Assembly: GCF_009914755.1 (NCBI RefSeq) | Contig: NC_060934.1 | Reading direction: 5' to 3' (one strand) | Length of the DNA: 64,000 nucleotides | From: the human T2T-CHM13v2.0 reference genome, Homo sapiens | Part shown: piece after piece, positions 27,240 through 40,727 of the stretch | Layout of the letters: every line of letters starts with the position of its first letter | How positions within the stretch are numbered: the stretch's first letter is position 1 | Made by a program: the position numbers and the translations under genes | The notes under the pieces: generated by a model | Told to the model about the DNA's origin: nothing | Database searches by the model: none | The model's input: only the letters and a program-made list of their open reading frames with translations

Positions 27240-28950
27240 GTACAGCATGCCTTGTCATTTGCCTTGCTTTCTCAAAAGAGTGTGTGCAGTGTGAGGACAT
27301 TCTCTCCTGGGGTGAAAGTGAAGGAGATGGCTGAAGAGGTGAAATGGTCCCCCATCATCTTCCTGTGCTTTCAATATCAGGCTTAACCCTCAGTTACCAC
27401 CTGATGTTGATGCATATGATGACATCATTAGTGAAACTAGTGAAAGTTGTGTTTGTCTGTGACTGATCTGATTTTAGACACTACAATAGATATGTGGTAA
27501 CTAATTACTTGTGTTCGTATCTACCCTACAGGTTTGTTGTATCCAATGACTTAAGACATATCAAGTGTTTGAAAGTGCCTGAAATATGACCAGCACTTAA
27601 CAAATGTTAGCTATTAGTGTGATTATATCATTGAAATCTCTCGTGAGCTCTGGATATAGAGAGTATTCTTTTATGGACCAGGAAACTGAGGCTCAGAGAG
27701 GCTAAATAAATACCTTGCCTAGAATTACACTAACAGCAGTCAACAGAGGTAGAGCTCTGGTCCTATCTGAATAGGTCTAAAGCTTGCACCATGTTGTCAC
27801 CAGTGTGAGAGCATCTGCCTTCTACCTGCCAGGCCTCTGGTGAAATTGCGAAGTCTCACCTGGGCCTTCTACTCTGCTGGCTCTGTCTCCTGTCAAGATA
27901 GTCACTTAGCAATATGAGGTTGTGCATTCCCCTGTTGACATACTGATGAAAGCACAAGTTAGGTGCTTATTTAATTGATTCTGGCCCTGTTGATCCTTGA
28001 ACTGTGGTTGTGTGTGGAGGTGTTTTGTTCCAGCCTTCCCCACATGCAACCATGAGGACTCGGGGTGGGGAGGGGCTCCTTCTGCAGTTAGTGCTAAACT
28101 AACATCTTTCTCTCTGGTCTCACATGACATGCTGAGGTTTGCTCAGCTCCCAGGTAAAGGGAATATGAGGAAGGTATGAGGGTGACTTGGAGATTGGATG
28201 GCACATCCAGTGTGGGTTTGCTGGGAGGCTTTGTAGGAAGGAAAGAATTTCAGGAAATAAGCCTGTTAGCCTAATGGTTTCATTTCTTGAATTTAAAAAA
28301 TATATAATAATACAAAGCAACAAAATAATTCAAAGTAGTAGCCACTACCATCCAGCCATGTCCTGCCTCATGTACTCATAGCCCTTGTCCACAGCACAGA
28401 TCTTTTCCCGTCAGTGTAGTCATGGAGTACATATAACTTCAGATTCTGACTACTCAACAATGTGTCATAGGTGCTTTCACAAGTATTTCTAAAGTAGCCA
28501 TCAGAATGAGAATCCCCAAGTGTCCCAGTCTGAAGACAAGATTGCAGCACTCAGACTCCATGCTGCTCCTGACAGGGGCTGTGTCTGCTACTCCCAGTCA
28601 CCTTGAGCAAAGAAGAGTGCTCATTATTAAACACTCATTGAAAACTCATCATTTTGATTTCTGTTTGCATTGATCGCCCACCCAGTTTTTCTAAATAAGT
28701 TACCATTTGATCCAGGACTATAACTGAGCTGAGGTTTCTCTGAGACCACCCATGCCCAACCCAGCTGCCCATCGAACTGGAGCCCCAACTCTGCCCATGT
28801 CCACAGCCTGGACCAGCTTCCACCTCTTCTCCCTCCAGCGTACGCCTGGTGGATGACTTGCAGGAATGTGCTTCTGGCGGAAAGAGCAGCCAGTAGGGCT
28901 GCAGTCTGGGAGAGACTGCAAGGTAGAGAGCTGGATATAGAGTTGAAACT

Positions 28951-29090
28951 TATATCTATATCAGTTAGATATAGATTATATCTGTATCAGTTAGATATAG
29001 ATTATATCTGTATCAGTTAGATATAGATTATATCTATACCAGTTAGATATAGATTATATCTATATCAGTTAGATAAAGATTATATCTATA
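28951..29090. repeat. 26-bp minisatellite, 5 copies plus a partial (TATATCTATATCAGTTAGATATAGAT)
   Basis: Units start at 28951, 28977, 29003, 29029, 29055 and 29081. Confidence 0.95.
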
Positions 29091-29735
29091 TCTATAAACA
29101 GCTGATATAGAGTCCAGCAGCAAGGACTCAACCAGGCAGCATGGCTCATGCTCAGGGCTTGGCTTGGTTTTGCAGAAAATTTGGCATTAGGCACAATCTG
29201 ATGGCAGAGATTGGAGAAAAATAAGAAATAGGCCACTAATGGGATTTGCCTGTGTTCTTTGGAATATTTGAATGGATGCTGTTAAAGACTTGTGTTGATG
29301 CTTAATGAGCCTGCAGAGAGTTGGTGAGGGAAGGATGAAAACTATGAGAAATAGGTTGAGCCAATAAAGGGAGCCACGTTATCTAGGGAACGAAGAGGGT
29401 CACTCCAGCCTCATGATTGAGAGACAGTTCTTCTGGGGACCAGGGGCTCTTCAATGAGGCCAGTCTTCTCCCAAGCAGCTTGGGAAAGGAGAGATTTGGC
29501 AGGCAGAAGGGCTGCCTTTATGACCTTGAAAAAGTAGCTGTCCCTCTGTGAGCCCCAGGCCCCTCATCTGCAGCGTCTGAGGGCTGGACCAGAGGTTCTG
29601 TTCATGTTCAGCTCTGTCAGGAACAAGCCGAGCTGTGGCAACCCCCAGAGACAGGGTGCAGCTACAGTGTGCACAGGGACGACCCCTCCTCTGGGCATCT
29701 CTCCCCTCATGTGTGTCTGTTCCCTGTCTCTCTAG

Positions 29736-29883
29736 CTCTTTACCAAACCTCACCCAGCCAGGACTGCAGCAGGGAAGCCTCTGCCTGGAAAGGATGTCTC
29801 CACCCCCGTGAGCCTGCCTGGCCACCCACAGCCCTTTTTCTACAGCCTGCAGTCGCTGAGGCCCTCCCAGGTCACGGTCAAAG
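29736..29883 (+). CDS. WDFY4: WDFY4 exon, BEACH end and linker: LFTKPHPARTAAGKPLPGKDVSTPVSLPGHPQPFFYSLQSLRPSQVTVK
   Basis: ctctctag acceptor, G|gtgatt donor; 148 nt; LFxxPHPxR closes the BEACH domain. Confidence 0.95.
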
Positions 29884-32039
29884 GTGATTCCCTGGCCATG
29901 CATTGTTTGGTGTCCTGTCCCAGGGTTGTCCCTTCAGTGGCTGGGTTCCTCTGGAGGTCCAGCACCACATACCTGGGCAAAGTATTGGGGACTGACTTTG
30001 AATGGCTGCATCTCCAGTCACAGCCAGATTCTAGGGGGGTGTCATCTCTGGGAAGTGTCTAGGAGCTCCTCTGTTAGACCCTAACTTCTGAAGACCCACG
30101 TCTCTCTGTCTTTCTGTCTGTCTCTCTCACACACATACACACACAGACACCTCTTTCAGGCACACACACATATCTCTCTTCCTCTTCCTCTCTTTTATAC
30201 ATGCACACACACATGTACACACACATACCTTCTCTCCTCAAGAGACCAGTGGAGAGTCCCAAGTTTCACAAGGAAGGATTACAGCCTCTGTGCTTTGGCC
30301 ACTGGTCCTCCTAAGCAGGGCAGGGGACTAAGCTAAGCACTCTAAGCAGGCAGCCAGTAGCTAAGAACATGTGCTCTGGGGCAGATGGCCCAGGAGTGCA
30401 TTCCAGTCCTACTGCTTCCTGACTGTGTGACCTTGGGCAAGCCATTGAACCTCCTTGTTCCCACGGGGATTGGAATAGCATTGAATGGATGCTACTACAG
30501 ATTTGTATTGATGCTTAGATAAATGAGCCTGCAGAGAGTTGGTGAGGAAAAGATGAAAAACATGAGAAATAGGTTGAGCCAGTGAAGGGAGCCATGTGAT
30601 TTAGGGAGGGAAGAGGGTCACTCTGGCCCTATTATTGAGAAACAGTTCTTCCAGGGACCAGGGGCTCCTCAACAAGGCCAGTCAGCAAGAGCGCAATGAG
30701 ATGGGCCACCTTCGGTGCCCAGCACATAGTGGTGATTATTAGTCCATCTCTTCTGACCATAATTCAGTGGCTTCCTTGGCTGCCACCAAGGCTCAGAGAG
30801 GCTCTATAGAAGCAGGAGTCCACTGGGGTGGGGGTGGTTCCACTGGGGTGGGGGTGGTCCCAACCAGCCCAGGAGGGAGGATCTCCCAGATGGAAGCAGA
30901 AGAGAGGGTGAGGCTGGGTTCCTAGGGCCATGTATGTATGAAGTCGGGTGCCAGTGTCATCTGAGGACATGCACTGCCTTGGGGACATCCCACTACACTG
31001 AACAACATGCAGGTCCCAAGGAGTATGAAGTTAAGTTTTCAATGGTTTTAGTGGTGTCCTTTTTTATCCTTGAAGTCCAAGAACAGTGTCATTGGCACAC
31101 CCCACCCTGGTAGATAAGGTGCTACTGCTCTTGGCTCTGGGGACCATGCCTCCATTTGCCCCAGGACTGGGGATCCGCTGCTGCATTGAAGTCCCTGGGC
31201 AGTCAGGCACAGCCCCTGCCCTCATGGAAAGGGACATGAGGTGCAAACCACATCAACAGTAACAAGGGAGCTCAAATCTCCCATGTGGGCTCCAGGAGAC
31301 TGATGCAGATCTTACCAGCCACGGGTCCTGGGGATCCTTCCTGAGGCTCAGTTTCTTCATGTGTAAGGTATGGAAGACAATGGCCCTGCCCTCAGGCTTG
31401 TGACAGTGCCATGAAGTGGTGTCTGTCACACAGGCAGGCAACAAGCCAGCGCTGAGGCAGGAGTCCTGGCAGATGCTGGTGCCACTCCGAGCACACACAC
31501 TGGGCCTTGCTTTAAGGGGCCTGGCTTTACTCTCTCCCTTTGATCTGAGCAGCCCCAGAAGGTAAGGGCCATTGATGCCACAGTCCCTTCCCTATGGGGA
31601 GAGACATCTCACAGTCTTATCCTGGAGCCTTTCCTGAATCCTGCTCCCTCTCTTCCTCCTGGGTGGTAGGGTCAGGAAGAGGGTGGTTCTCCCACTTCAC
31701 CCAGCACAGGGCAAGGAAGGGAGTGGCCCCCACCAGGAGGAAGGAAAGGCCCCTACGTGGTGGGTATGGTGTGCACAGTCTTAGAAACTAGGCTGGCCTC
31801 AGTGTTTTGAGTCAACAAGCTGCACCAGGCTCTGTGCCAGGGGACACACATTGAAAGGGGCATGGTTTTCTCTACTCCATGGGAAGAGGCTAGGGTCTGA
31901 AGAGATGGAATGACTTCACCAGCATAACCAGACTTGGAATGAGGTCTGGGCAGCTCCAAATCCCGTGCTGTGAGCCATATTCCAGCTGGGGCTGGGGGTG
32001 GCTCCCAGAGTGGAGCTGAGGGAGGATGGGAATTGTGCC

Positions 32040-32252
32040 TCCCTGTGACTCCTGCCCCGGGGCCCGGCTACAGTGGGTGCTGTCCTTCTGTGCATAAGTT
32101 CAAGTCCAGTGTGTCTGCCTGTCACTCCTGCCCAGGGCCCAGCTGCAGTGGGTGCTGTCCTTCCATGCTTAAGTTCAAGTCCAGTGTGTCTGCCTGTGAC
32201 TCCTGCCTGGGGGCCCAGCTGTAGTGGGTGCTGTTCTTCCATGCATAAGTTC
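32040..32252. repeat. 75-76-bp tandem repeat, about 2.8 copies
   Basis: gt(g/c)actcctg recurs at 32045, 32121 and 32196. Confidence 0.93.
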
Positions 32253-32273
32253 GCCATACTAACTGGGGTGTAG

Positions 32274-32458
32274 ATATGTACCTCTTTTCTCTAGGCTCAG
32301 AGTCCCCCAAAGGGGCCATTGGCCACATTGTCTCTACTGAGAAGACCATTCTGGCTGTAGAGAGGAACAAAGTGCTGCTGCCTCCTCTCTGGAACAGGAC
32401 CTTCAGCTGGGGCTTTGATGACTTCAGCTGCTGCTTGGGGAGCTACGGCTCCGACAAG
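32274..32458 (+). CDS. WDFY4: WDFY4 exon: (D)MYLFSLGSESPKGAIGHIVSTEKTILAVERNKVLLPPLWNRTFSWGFDDFSCCLGSYGSDK
   Basis: AAG|gtgagg donor. The start is ambiguous: tag at 32271-32273, or an in-frame ctag ending at 32294 (exon start 32295). The sequence resembles the post-BEACH region of WDFY3/4. Confidence 0.9.
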
Positions 32459-33339
32459 GTGAGGGGGCTGCAGGGAGCAGGGGCAGCCTCAGGACCTCAG
32501 CCTTCCTCCAGCTGGAGGCAGAGATGGCCCAGAGATAAGTGAGTCCAAAGCAACCTCGCTCACTTTCCCTACAAGGTGTGCTGCCAGCCTGGGCGGGAAA
32601 GGACTCAGTGACCATGCAAAGGCCCTCCTTGGGCCGGGCCTCAAACCCTCCTTCCAAGGCTTGCAAGTTGGCAGTGTATACTGTCACCTCCAGAGCAGAG
32701 GCTAACTGGACACATGGCCACATTGAGCCCACCCACACTGGCACTAAGTGTAGGAGGGAAGTCCTGGGGGCTCCTCTGTTTCCAATCATGATTTAAACTC
32801 AAAGGACACATGTTGAGCATTTGGGGGCTGGCAGGAGCAAGCTGTTTCCCTACTGGTCCTCCCAGCCCCCGTGTAGGCCATGCAGTCACCTCTGCCTTCT
32901 TGATGTGGCCCCTGCCCTCCTCCTCAGGCCCCATTCCTACTCCAGCTCCCCTCCCCAATCCCATCACTTACAATGAATTCCCTATCCCCCAAGCTCTCCC
33001 CAGCCCCTCCCTAGCCTTGCCCCACCAACTTCTTGAGGCAGGCATGGAACTCAGCCCCACATGTCCTCCCTCCTGACCCCCAAGCTAAGCCACCCCGTGC
33101 TGGTGCTCATGGGGTCTTCCCAGCATCCCTCACTTGTTTCTTCCCACCTGCTGGAGGAGGAGCTCCTGCGTGGGGTCCCAGGATGGTCTGGATTTTGTCA
33201 CCAAGAACTGGCTCCTGAACACATGGCATGTCCCCAGTTCCCAAGGCACTCAGACTGGCCCACATACCCCCGTGACTCTATCCTGGGCTCCTGTCCCTGC
33301 TGTCTCCACAGCAGCGCTCATCCCCCTTATCTCCTACAG

Positions 33340-33498
33340 GTCCTGATGACATTCGAGAACCTGGCTGCCTGGGGCCGCTGTCTGTGCGCCGTGTGCCCAT
33401 CCCCAACAACGATTGTCACCTCTGGGACCAGCACTGTGGTGTGTGTGTGGGAGCTCAGCATGACCAAAGGCCGCCCGAGGGGCTTGCGCCTCCGGCAG
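33340..33498 (+). CDS. WDFY4: WDFY4 WD40 exon: VLMTFENLAAWGRCLCAVCPSPTTIVTSGTSTVVCVWELSMTKGRPRGLRLRQ
   Basis: ctcctacag acceptor, CAG|gtatgg donor; 159 nt; IVTSG...VCVWE WD repeat. Confidence 0.96.
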
Positions 33499-33869
33499 GT
33501 ATGGTCCAGCTCGTGCAGGTGCGGTCCTCAGGTGGGGACAGTACTTCATGTAGGGACAAAACCTCTGCCTGGCATGGCACCTGGGCAGGTGTGGTGCCGG
33601 AACACACCCTAACTCTGCTCACTGAGGGCCCTGCCACCCTCAGAAGCTAGGAATGAGCGAAGTGAGGTGCAGAGGGTGGCCCACAGCTCAGTGTCATTCA
33701 GGAGTATCATTTTATTCCCATGGTGCATTTGACAGGTACACAGGGCAGGTGCCTCCACAGAGGCCCACACCTTAGCGAGAGATGCCGGGCCACACACAGT
33801 CACTTCATGCACATGACAGGTCTGGTGAAATCAGTTTCCTTACATCAGATAATATTTTTTGAGCATTTT

Positions 33870-34300
33870 GCCACAAGTTGGCCTTTATGCCAAGGATTTT
33901 TACACGGATTGCCTCATTTTAGCTTATTGACAGCCCTGTAAAATAGGTGCCATGATCACCCCTACTTTATTGGTGAAGGAAAAATGAGATGCAAAGAAGT
34001 TTAAGTGGTACATCCAAGGTCAAATGAAAGACTTTCTGAAAGGAAGTGGTTGAGGTGGGAGGAGGAGGAGCCATGAGCCAGGAGTCTGAGGATGTGCACC
34101 ACCAGCCCTCATAGAGAATGCTAATCGCAGCGGCACTTAACGTTTGCTTAACATTCCAAATGCACCAAGGCCCTTCTGTATACTAATTTTTTTCTATGAA
34201 GAAGGAACTATTATTTCCACTTTCAGACAAGGAAACTGAGGCTCAGAACAGCTTGCATTTGAATCTAGGTTTGTCTAACACAAAACCCCATGCGCTCTCC
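33870..34300. mobile_element. Two adjacent MIR fragments
   Basis: acagccctgtaaaataggtg.. and tttcagacaaggaaactgaggctcaga MIR cores. Confidence 0.6.
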
Positions 34301-34437
34301 CTGCATACTCCGGAACTTGCTCTAGAATATCACTAGGGGACACTTTCAACTCTAAAATCCAATTCATTTCTGCATCTATTTTTTAGTTAGCCACAGAGCC
34401 CTAAAGTAATAGAAACAAAAATAAGCTGTACAAAATC

Positions 34438-34754
<317 letters not shown>

Positions 34755-35519
34755 TCACTGAAACATGTTCTCTGGATAATTTTCACTGAAACATGTTTCA
34801 CTGAAACATGTTCTCTGGGGTTCTCTGGATAATTTTCAAGCCACTTCTGTCACCCTAGACCGTGTCCTTGTCTCCTGGTGCCATGCAGGGCATGGAGGGT
34901 GCTGCGTGGGCACTCAGCAAATGTGAGGTGAAGGAATGAATAGGGCAGTGCGAGAAGGGGCTGACACATATGCAGGGGCAGTGCACCCCTGAGAGGCAGC
35001 TGTACAGGCAACAGGCAGGTGACCTTCACCAACTGCTGTTGTCAGTGGGCTGGGTATGATTCCTGATCTCAGCAAAGGGACTGGAAATGAAAGACTGGAG
35101 TGCTCTCTCCCCAGCATCCCCATTGCCCATTTACAGCTTGCCCTGGGGACTGTACATAGTTCCACCTGACCCTGGGGCTGGCCTTGGGGTACTGGGGCAG
35201 TGATTTTTCTATCATCCTCTGAGTTCCCATTTAACAGTGAAAATGCACAGAAACACCCTCGTATCGACCTCATAAAAATGTAATTTATCATCCTCTCCTA
35301 CTTCCAAATCAACAGGAAAAGATATGGGAATCCCACATGCTCTTATTTTCTAAAAATAAAACACTTTATCACTTACCTGTAAAGGCTAATGTAGGCTTGC
35401 AGATTCCCCAGACCCATGGCTGCTCAGTGAAGGGGTCCATTCCTGACCTGTGGACAGGAAAGTCATCACTGAAGAGCCTCACAGGCGGTTCAAAAAGTAT
35501 TTTATTTTTAAAGATACTG

Positions 35520-36130
35520 CAACGTTAAAGAGACATTTTAAAATTACTTCAAAGACAAACAATTCTCTACCATCCCTATAAAAGTTTTCAATTTTGCATA
35601 CTCTTATCCCCAGATATACATATTTATATCTTTCTGATCATTGTGTAGATATTTTATTCTATTTTCACTCAGCCTATCCAATTGTTTCCATTTTTCTACA
35701 TTCTCTATAATTTACATTTCAATCGTTCCATATCATTCCATTTCCATAAAATTGCATTTCGATTGTTTTGTTATGTCAGTGCACTACAGTTTAATAAACC
35801 ATTTCTTCTAAAACTAGACAATTAAGTTGTTTCCAAGTTTTAACTATTTTACATAGTGCTGCAGAAAACATCTTATCTAGGTTGCTGTTTGCTTCTGATT
35901 GTTTTCTTGCGATAAACTTCGAGGAGGAGAATTATGTACAGTGACATGGTGCTTTCCAAAATGGTTCTGTGACTTAATCATACCACCAGCAATCAAGAGC
36001 ACCCGTTTCATGGCAATGTAACCAGCATGGGGAATTATTTTCCGGGGTTTTCTTTTTGCTATCGTTTTTTGCTACTATAGTTAGGTATAAAATGATATAA
36101 TGGAGTTATTTTAATTGGCCTTTTAGAGAA
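35520..36130 (-). mobile_element. Degenerate L1ME-type fragment
   Basis: ttaagttgtttccaagttt..tccaaaatggtt..ccaccagcaat. Confidence 0.6.
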
Positions 36131-37219
36131 GTATTATTCTGAGAAAACAAAACCCCCTTTGAAGCTGCTATCTCTTCCTTGATTTCTTCGGCTCTTGCAA
36201 ATGGTAGGTGCTGGATGCCTTGTGGTGCTGGAGTCTCCAGGCTGGTCGGAAGGCAGCCAACCTGACCTAAGTGGGCAGTGCCAGGCACACAGGCTGTTTC
36301 CTGGGAAGAGCAGGCAGACTTGGTTCCACTGGTAAACAACACGTGCCGGCACTGGGGCTCAGAGCTCCTCTCTACATCCTGAGCCTTACACCTGGGTTCC
36401 CTTCTCTGTTCTCTTTGGCATTGCTATTTCCCCTGCAGTCAGAACTGAGTCATCAGACTTAGTTCATTCTGGGAAGAGATTCAGAAGGTTCCTGTCAACT
36501 CCTCTGCTTTCTCCTGCTCACTTAGGCAGTTTTCATTTTCCTAGGATGACCCAAATCTTCTTCTGTGGGTCATACCCATTAACTTGCCGGCACCATCTGG
36601 TTGGCGTCACGTTAGGATCCATTAAGGACAAACAGGAGCTTGTGGCAGAACCTTTCATTGCTATGACCGGGCAAAGTGACAGCTTTGAAAAATGACGCTT
36701 AGCCTCATTGACCCAAATGAATGAGTGATTGTCTCTGCCCTGAGGGTGGAGGTTTACCACTTGGTAAGCCAGGCCAATTACGCTTCAGAATGCCACCTCC
36801 GTGCCCCTCCGGCTGAGTCCAGGTGATGGCAAGCACATGTGAGCAGAGGACCTCAGATCAGAGCCTCTGGGACCTGCAGCCTCTGGAGTGCTGGTGATGG
36901 AATCCACACCATTGCCTGCAGCAGTTGGCCAGGGGGTACCAGCATGTGTGGTGGGCCACTTTGGCCCCTTGGGGAAGTGTCCACAGAGAAGAAGGCCTCC
37001 AGCCAGATCTGGACACACAGCCATCCATGAGTCAGACCAGGCCCCACACAAGCCAAACCTGAGGACCAAGACCAAGGACGTCTAAGTGTCCCAGTGGCTA
37101 TGAATCCAGACCTATCAGACTCGAAAAGCCCCATCTTTTTGATGACCATGTGACCTCCCCTTTTCTTCTTCCCAGTTTAGTTCAAGAGTGCACGTGCCTC
37201 TGAGGTTCCCTTACCGAGA

Positions 37220-37758
<539 letters not shown>

Positions 37759-38080
37759 CATGAACTGCTCCCGGGTTCAAGATAGATGTAGGGCAGCACA
37801 AAACATCCAGGTGTGGCTAGCCTCTGGTTGGGTTATAAGTAAAAAAATGGTTTCTCCCCAGCAGAGCCTCCACCCCTGGAGATGAATGAAATGGAGAGGC
37901 TAGTCATGGACACGCACATGCACACACCCCCAGCTGCACAGACAACAGACTTGGGAATCACTGACTCACTCAGAATCTCCATTTCCTCATCCAGCACCCA
38001 GCTTTATAGGGAGGGTGAAGAATTCCCAAAAGTAGCTGAATTGAGGGTCCCTCTCCTAACCTGTGAGTCTCTGTCCCCAG

Positions 38081-38260
38081 GCCTTGTATGGACACACACA
38101 GGCTGTCACGTGCCTGGCAGCGTCAGTCACCTTCAGCCTCCTGGTGAGCGGCTCCCAGGACTGCACCTGTATCCTGTGGGATCTGGACCACCTCACCCAC
38201 GTGACCCGCCTGCCCGCCCATCGGGAAGGCATCTCAGCCATCACCATCAGTGACGTCTCA
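38081..38260 (+). CDS. WDFY4: WDFY4 WD40 exon: ALYGHTQAVTCLAASVTFSLLVSGSQDCTCILWDLDHLTHVTRLPAHREGISAITISDVS
   Basis: tccccag acceptor, TCA|gtaagt donor; 180 nt; GH...SGSxD...LWD canonical WD40. Confidence 0.98.
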
Positions 38261-38914
38261 GTAAGTCTCCTGTTTCTCAGTGTCCGTGTCCTCACCTTCG
38301 CAGTAGCATGGGGTACAACACTCAGGAGAAAGCCCAGAGACACAGAGACTCTAGCCACCCCAGAATGCTGAGAGGGCCCCCAATTGTGTGGAACAGTCGC
38401 TGTAGATCTCACTTGTAGCACCCAGGTCTAGCTTCAATGTCCGCTTCTTTACTTTCCTCCCTCTGGTGTTGGGGACAGTGGGAAGTGTCTGCTTTGCTGC
38501 GGGCACCAGGGGGCTGCAGCTGAAAAATTGGCTTTTAGGGAGGGTTTTGTTGGATGTGGCTGACTCATTTAGGTCTTTACCTTCAAATCAGTGTTGACTT
38601 GGCAGGTTTGGTCTTCATGGCAGTGCAAGCTTCTCTGCCTCTCCTTCCATACTGGCTAACAAAGACCAGGGAGATCGACTTACCGGTGTGAAATTTCTTC
38701 CAGACTGAAGCCCTGTCATGGGATATGGGGTTCCCTGAGGATGCAGAGGTTTCTGCATCTGCTCACAGAAAACCTAAGGGGCCCAGGGCATAAATAAAAT
38801 GGGCAGAGGGCTCAAAAGAGGAGGGATGATATAGGAGCTTCCTGGTTCCAATTTTTGCTGAAAGTGGTGCTCCAGGTAGGCTTGAATTCAAAACTGGATT
38901 CAATGTTAGACGAG

Positions 38915-39145
38915 TAGATGGAGTGTGAATGGATGGGTGGATGGATGGGTAGATGAGTGGATGCATGGGTGGATGAATGGATAGATGGATGGACGGGTGG
39001 ATAGATGAGTGGATGGGTAGATAGATAAATGAATGGATGGATGGATGGATAAATGAGCAGATAAATGGATGAATAGGTGGATGGAAAGATGGATGAAATG
39101 GATAATGGATTGGTAGATGGTGGGTGAATGGATGGATGGGTTGAT
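38915..39145 (+). repeat. Degenerate (GGAT)n
   Basis: Direct read. Confidence 0.95.
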
Positions 39146-40015
39146 GTATAGAAGGCATTGAAGCCTTCACCTGGGAGAATATAAAACCCATCAGGAATTG
39201 TGTCCCTAGACCCCAGAGAAGCCTGGCACCAGGACAAGTTGTCCTGCAGCCAACTGATTTCAGTCTGTGCTTGCTGGTTGTGGGGCAGAGAGGTATCAGA
39301 CATGGCCTCTGGCCTCAGACAGACCATCCCTAACAATTCAGGAACTTCTAATGGATCCCAGCCCAGTGAGATGTGGAGGGGCACTGAGCACCCTACATCC
39401 CTTCTGTGATTAGGGCAAGGCTCAAAGGGATGGCCCCAGGACCTTGGTGACAGTGGCCACTATAGAATAAACAGGACTTGAGGAGGAAAGACTCAAATGT
39501 GAGCATATCAGGAGATACAATGGGGAAATTTCTCCTTAGAAATTCCCTCTTCAGGGACATTGCACAAGCTTATGAGCCACATGCAGTCATTGGAACTTCT
39601 GTACCCTGCCATCCACCAGGTGGCATCCAAAACTTCTTTATGGGGCAGGGCTGACCAACCAGGTGTAAGCTGTGTGTCCAAAGCCAGGGCTACCCTTCAG
39701 GCTGGATCTTCTGTGGCAGTCAGGGTGTGGTTGGGGAGTGGGATCTGGGAGGAGCCTGAGGGTGAGCCAGGTGCCTTCTGCCAGGAAAGAAGTATCTAAG
39801 CACATGACTGCAGTATGAAAAGAACCAAGAATTTACAACTGTGTGAAAACACAGCAGACCTGTAAGTCAGCTGGAAAGAAGTTTTGGGGTACCTTGGGGG
39901 TCTTCAGAGCATGACAGATTGAGAGTACTTGGGTGTACCAACTGGGTAGCTGAGCAAGTGGCTGATGGGCAGGCAGTGACTCCAGCTTAGAGTGATGCCA
40001 GCTCTCACTGCACAG

Positions 40016-40198
40016 GGCACCATTGTCTCCTGTGCGGGAGCACACTTGTCCCTGTGGAATGTCAATGGACAGCCCCTGGCCAGCATCACCACAGCCTGGG
40101 GCCCAGAAGGAGCCATAACCTGTTGCTGCCTGATGGAGGGCCCAGCATGGGACACAAGCCAGATCATCATCACCGGGAGTCAAGACGGCATGGTCCGG
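40016..40198 (+). CDS. WDFY4: WDFY4 WD40 exon: GTIVSCAGAHLSLWNVNGQPLASITTAWGPEGAITCCCLMEGPAWDTSQIIITGSQDGMVR
   Basis: gcacag acceptor, CGG|gtaggt donor; 183 nt; LWNVNG and ITGSQDGMVR(VW) motifs. Confidence 0.96.
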
Positions 40199-40542
40199 GT
40201 AGGTGTGTCTTGGGCAGAATGAGGACATGACACAAGAAACGTGTTCATCTCCATTCTTCTCACTTCCTCCAGGGGGCCAAACCTGCAGGTTGCATTTGAG
40301 ACCATTCCAGAACGGGTACCTACAGCAAAGGAAGGGAAAAGACAAGGCTCTTTGCAGGGAAAAAGTAAATAAATAAAATTATATATATAGTATTACACAC
40401 ACAGACACACACATGCACACACACACAGACACACACTAAAATAAATACTGTTACAACATATAAAAGTTGAATGGTTAAATGCAAAAGATTATATCCCAAT
40501 GCTAAAAGGAGATATTTGCGTCATCCATTCAAACCAAACTTG

Positions 40543-40727
40543 CCCACCCATCCACTAATTTATCTACCCACCTACCCATTTATCTCTCTACTCATCTACC
40601 CACCCATCCATCCACCCATCCATCTCTCTATCCACCCATCCACTCATCCATCCATCCATCCATCCATCCATCCATCCATCCATCCATCCATGTATCCCTC
40701 CATGTATCCATCCATCCATCCATCCAT
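40543..40727 (+). repeat. (ATCC)n, partly perfect
   Basis: Direct read. Confidence 0.95.

Noticed and set aside
28951-29090. Palindromic 26-bp repeats resembling a CRISPR array
   Set aside because: The units are head-to-tail with no unique spacers, there are no cas genes, and the context is a human intron
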